Source: Opitutales bacterium (GTDB taxonomy: Bacteria; Verrucomicrobiota; Verrucomicrobiia; Opitutales; PNEW01). From it: a stretch of 32,000 nucleotides of DNA. How positions within the stretch are numbered: position 1 is the first letter of the stretch; each line of letters opens with the position of its first letter. Made by a program: the position numbers and the translations under genes. The DNA lies in the NCBI GenBank assembly GCA_965219535.1, contig CBDCNV010000002.1, forward strand, positions 1,020,001-1,052,000. The letters run 5' to 3'. Below, one piece after another: positions 29,001 through 32,000 of the stretch. The notes under the pieces are model-generated. The model was not told the DNA's origin, searched no databases, and saw only the letters and a list, made by a program, of their open reading frames with translations.

Positions 29001-32000
29001 CCAAAAAAGAAGAAAAGCAGCTACTCGTTGAATGGAACGCAACTACTGCTGATTACCCCGTCGATGCCTGCCTGCATCATCTCATCACTGAACAGGCGAC
29101 AAAATGCCCTCAAGCCACGGCTATTGTATCCGGTGATAATTCTCTGACTTATGAAGAATTGGAGAGAAAATCTAACGGCTTGGCCATGGTCTTGCATGAA
29201 AAGGGTGTTGGACCGGATTCACCGGTTGGCTTATATCATGATCGGTCTTTAAATATGGTTGTTGGATTGCTGGGCATTCTTAAAGCTGGCGGTTGTTATG
29301 TGCCTTTAGATCCAGATTTTCCACCCTACAGGTTGGAGCTGATGCTCAAGAATGCTCAACCTTCCGTTGTCGTAACACAGAGTGAACTGGCGGACACATT
29401 ACCAGCTGGTAATTGGGAATCTGTTTTTATTGAAGAAATAGATGAAGCGGAATCTGCACCTCATGTCGATGGGCTAACCCCTGAGTCACTCGCTTATATC
29501 ATTTATACCTCTGGGTCTACAGGTAAACCGAAGGGTGTGGAAATTCCGCATCGCGCTTTAGTGAATTTCCTCAGCTCGATGCAGTCTGAACCTGGTATTA
29601 AGCAGGAGGATAAGCTCTTAGCCGTAACGACGCTCTCTTTTGACATCTCAGGATTGGAAATATACCTGCCGCTCATATCAGGGGCGCAAATTATTCTGGC
29701 CTCACGAATGGAAGCGATGGATGGTCGCCGATTAGCCGATCTCATTGAAAGCTCAAATCCAACCGTGATGCAAGCGACACCAGCTGCTTGGAAGATGTTA
29801 CTGGATTCTGGTTGGGTGGGAAAAGAAAGTTTAAAAGTTCTATGTGGGGGAGAAGCCCTGCAACCAGAATTAGCCGATCAACTTTGCATGCATTGTGGAG
29901 AGGTTTGGAATCTTTATGGTCCAACTGAAACGACGATCTGGTCTACGGTAGCTAAAGTTGAAAAAAGAAGTGATGTAATTATGATTGGTCATCCGATCGC
30001 TAATACTAAAATTTACATATTAGATGAAAATCTGAAACCACTTCCTGCAGGATTTACCGGTCATCTCTACATTGGTGGTGACGGTCTAGCCCGAGGCTAC
30101 CATCATCAACCGGAGCTTACGGATGAGTCCTTTATCGAGCTGGCTATTTCCAGGGGTAAAACTGAACGTTTATATAACACTGGAGACTTAGCGCGCTATA
30201 CGATTAACGGATCCATTGAATGTATAGGACGCCGTGATTCTCAAATTAAATTACATGGTTACCGGATCGAGTTGGGCGAAATCGAGACCGTGCTTAATGC
30301 CCATCCAGTAGTAAGTAAAGCGGTGTTGCTTTTGCGTGATGATATGACAGGTGGTCCCAGTCTTGCTGCTTATATACAACCGACTGAAAATCACGATAAC
30401 ATCATTCCAGAATTGCGTACCTACCTTGGTGAGCGTCTGCCCCAGTACATGCAACCAGCGGCTTACATGGTCGTAGACGAGTTCCCCTATACACCTAACA
30501 AGAAGATAGATCGCAAGGCGCTTCCAATCCCATCCCTAAAGCGTTCCGATTTAGGGTCAGAATATGTCGCACCCCAGACGCCGACGGAGAAAATACTCTG
30601 TGATATTCTAAACCGGGCGTTTAAGAATGATAAGATTGGCATTCACGACAACTTTTTTGAATTAGGTGGCGATTCTCTCATGGCGGTTGAAATATTATCC
30701 AGTATTACCGCTGCCTTTAACCGTGAATTACCGATCGAAGTATTCCTTCGCAATCCCACAGTGGAAAGCCTGGGGCAGTTTTATGATCTTATTCCCGAAA
30801 GTATCGATGATCATTCGAACGGGTCTAACGGCAGTTCAAGTTTAGGTAAAGCTTCGGACTTAATTAAGAACAGCTATCTGGACATAGAACAGGTCAATGG
30901 GAAGAATGGCGATCGCACCGACCTTCCTCAGGTGGACGCCGTTGCGCTGGCTTATATACCCGATGCTTTCCTTCCGCTCACCGGTCTATCGAAAGATGAA
31001 ATATCACGACAATGGTTTCAACATCAGCCCTTTGTCAGCAATTACTATGAGACACCATTTGGAAGAATAGCCATCGTCATGCTTCCGCGGCTGGGTGCAG
31101 AGCTATACAAGGACCAGGAGCCACTTAGCGACAATATTTTAAGTTCGTTAAAACTAGCAGCTAAAATGGGTGCGAGTACTGTTTCGCTCACTGGGCTCAT
31201 TCCATCGGCTACGGATTATGGACGAAGTATTAAGCACTGGATCAATGGTCATGATAATTTACCGGCGATAACAACGGGTCATGCGACAACAACGGCAACA
31301 ATCGTGAAGACGATTACGGGAATGCTTGAGCAAACCGATCGCGACTTTGCTGATGAAAAAGTAGCCATTGTTGGTCTAGGGTCTATCGGGTATGCAACCT
31401 TGAGGCTCATGCTTGAAGTTATGCCTCATCCGCTTGAGCTTATCCTTTGTGATCTTTATCAGAAATCGGATAGTTTAGAGGAAATTAGAAATGAACTTGT
31501 CGAAAAACTTGGCTTTAATGGATCCATTCGTGTCGTAACCACTCGCGGGCGATTACCCGATGCCATTTATGACGCTTCATTTGTACTCGGCGCGAGCAAT
31601 GTGCCAGGGATCTTAGATATTAAACGGATAAGACCGGGGACTCTCCTCGTCGATGATTCGTTCCCTCCATGTTTCCGTTTATCCGATGCCATTAGGCGCA
31701 TCGAAGAACAACAGGATATTCTTTTTACCACAGGCGGGTTACTTAGGTGTTCGAAGGAAATCAAAGAGACGATTTATTTACCGGATGGAGCGGGTGAATT
31801 ATTTGCCAGCCTGGGTGTTGATAAAGTTCAGCGACTGGCAGGGCGCGATCCACGTGAAATTACTGGTTGTATCCTTTCCAGCTTATTAACCGGGCACGGT
31901 CCAGACATTCAAACCACTATCGGTCCAGTCGAAATCGAAGATTCGCTCGCCCACTATAAACTCCTCGAGAAACTAGAGCTCGAGGCGGCTCGACCGCAGT
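20006..32000 (+). CDS. Hybrid type I PKS-NRPS megasynthase, 3'-truncated by the window edge (about 3998 aa visible): KS-AT-DH-cMT-ER-KR-ACP-C-A-PCP-AAR-like
   Basis: I translated it by hand from the ATG at 20006. An in-frame TAA lies at 19964-19966 upstream, and I saw no stop to nt 31999. The ORF is missing from the supplied track. All antisense track ORFs between 20180 and 31764 are short shadows. Domain motifs are listed in the sub-features. Confidence 0.92.
   Translation, partial: [3998 protein letters not shown]
20021..21300 (+). other. PKS ketosynthase (KS) domain
   Basis: [25 protein letters not shown] (active Cys178, codon 20537-20539); [37 protein letters not shown]. Confidence 0.92.
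21630..22560 (+). other. PKS acyltransferase (AT) domain, malonyl-type motifs
   Basis: [31 protein letters not shown] (Ser635, codon 21908-21910); [10 protein letters not shown]. The xAFH form is associated with malonyl-CoA selectivity, as opposed to YASH for methylmalonyl. Confidence 0.85.
22709..23550 (+). other. PKS dehydratase (DH) domain
   Basis: [28 protein letters not shown] (HxxxGxxxxP with G replaced by D; His934, codon 22805-22807); [15 protein letters not shown] (DxxxQ). Confidence 0.85.
23990..24760 (+). other. SAM-dependent C-methyltransferase (cMT) domain
   Basis: Motif I is [12 protein letters not shown] (nt 24239-24274). Also present: [13 protein letters not shown] and EGILMFLE. 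The position between DH and ER is as in FAS-like/highly reducing PKSs. Confidence 0.85.
25498..26470 (+). other. PKS enoylreductase (ER) domain
   Basis: [47 protein letters not shown] (NADPH site); AKHIGKNVL. Confidence 0.88.
26527..27090 (+). other. PKS ketoreductase (KR) catalytic domain, B-type (LDD motif)
   Basis: [30 protein letters not shown] (LDD); [34 protein letters not shown] (Tyr2323, codon 26972-26974). The region about 24800-25440 probably forms the KR structural subdomain. Confidence 0.85.
27356..27595 (+). other. Acyl carrier protein (ACP) domain
   Basis: [18 protein letters not shown] (phosphopantetheinyl Ser2487, codon 27464-27466). Confidence 0.88.
27645..28990 (+). other. 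NRPS condensation (C) domain
   Basis: C1 is [13 protein letters not shown]. C3 is [10 protein letters not shown] (codons from 28043). Also [30 protein letters not shown] and [13 protein letters not shown]. Confidence 0.88.
29030..30530 (+). other. NRPS adenylation (A) domain with a glycine specificity code
   Basis: Motifs A1-A10 are all present: [107 protein letters not shown]. The Stachelhaus positions, read by aligning to GrsA-PheA from memory, give D-I-L-Q-L-G-L-I-W-K. Confidence 0.85.
30563..30795 (+). other. Peptidyl carrier protein (PCP/T) domain
   Basis: [19 protein letters not shown] (Ser3557, codon 30674-30676). Confidence 0.88.
30940..32000 (+). other. C-terminal Rossmann domain resembling acyl-ACP reductase (AAR), a putative non-canonical reductive release domain; may continue past the window
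   Basis: [34 protein letters not shown] (GxGxxG, nt 31361-31390); [45 protein letters not shown] (Cys3915, codon 31748-31750). There is no TE GxSxG and no SDR-type R-domain TGxTGFLG motif. Confidence 0.55.

Noticed and set aside
20180-31889. About 25 short track ORFs (60-103 aa; all minus strand except the + strand, out-of-frame 31653-31889) lying inside the PKS-NRPS region.
   Set aside because: All lie inside a continuous, motif-rich + strand reading frame, either antisense to it or in a different frame. Their translations are low-complexity with no recognisable motifs. I treat them as shadow ORFs.
30800-32000. A canonical thioesterase or SDR-type thioester reductase (R) as the terminal domain of the PKS-NRPS.
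   Set aside because: There is no GxSxG nucleophile-elbow motif and no TGxTGFLG/YxxxK SDR signature. The Rossmann motif present (GLGSIG) and the surrounding blocks fit an AAR-like fold better. A TE or R domain could still lie beyond the window.
1-32000. CRISPR arrays, tRNA/rRNA genes, prophage or integron features, and long direct or inverted repeats.
   Set aside because: I scanned the intergenic regions (1035-1093, 2432-2466, 4533-4627, 5063-5124, 12263-12670, 14040-14249, 14751-14855, 19234-20005) by eye. I found no repeat-spacer periodicity, no cloverleaf-like GC-rich segments and no integrase or recombinase ORFs. Eye-scanning cannot exclude small ncRNAs.

Overview
This looks like a bacterial chromosomal window. 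Gene content (DnaX, a fused two-unit M16 peptidase, a small conserved hypothetical I associate with the PVC superphylum) suggests Verrucomicrobiota/PVC, but I cannot verify that. There are three blocks. (1) 1-7.7 kb, + strand: the 3' part of dnaX, a cupin-MDR dehydrogenase fusion, a split Tm-1-like gene pair (UPF0261 plus PEP-hydrolase-like TIM barrel), a small conserved hypothetical and an M16 peptidase. (2) 7.7-12.3 kb, - strand: a tight four-gene operon. It encodes a MotA/ExbB/TolQ-type proton channel, a degenerate Hsp70/actin-fold protein with an FHA-like C-terminus, and two paralogous proteins. Each paralog has an ExbD/TolR-like Asp-containing N-terminal TM helix fused to a coiled coil and a vWA domain. 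I do not recognise this combination as a described system. Two lipoprotein genes lie divergently. (3) 14.2-32 kb: a Nudix hydrolase, a GT21/ceramide-glucosyltransferase-like glycosyltransferase, an orphan RND permease and a ~770 bp AT-rich spacer. After these comes an uninterrupted + strand reading frame from 20006 to beyond the window end (about 3998 codons). This frame is absent from the supplied ORF track, presumably because it has no stop in the window. It encodes a hybrid PKS-NRPS with domains KS-AT-DH-cMT-ER-KR-ACP-C-A(Gly code)-PCP. Its C-terminal domain resembles cyanobacterial acyl-ACP reductase (AAR) rather than a canonical TE or SDR-type R domain. I recognised no rRNA, tRNA, CRISPR array or intact mobile element. 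All family assignments come from motif reading by eye; no searches were run.
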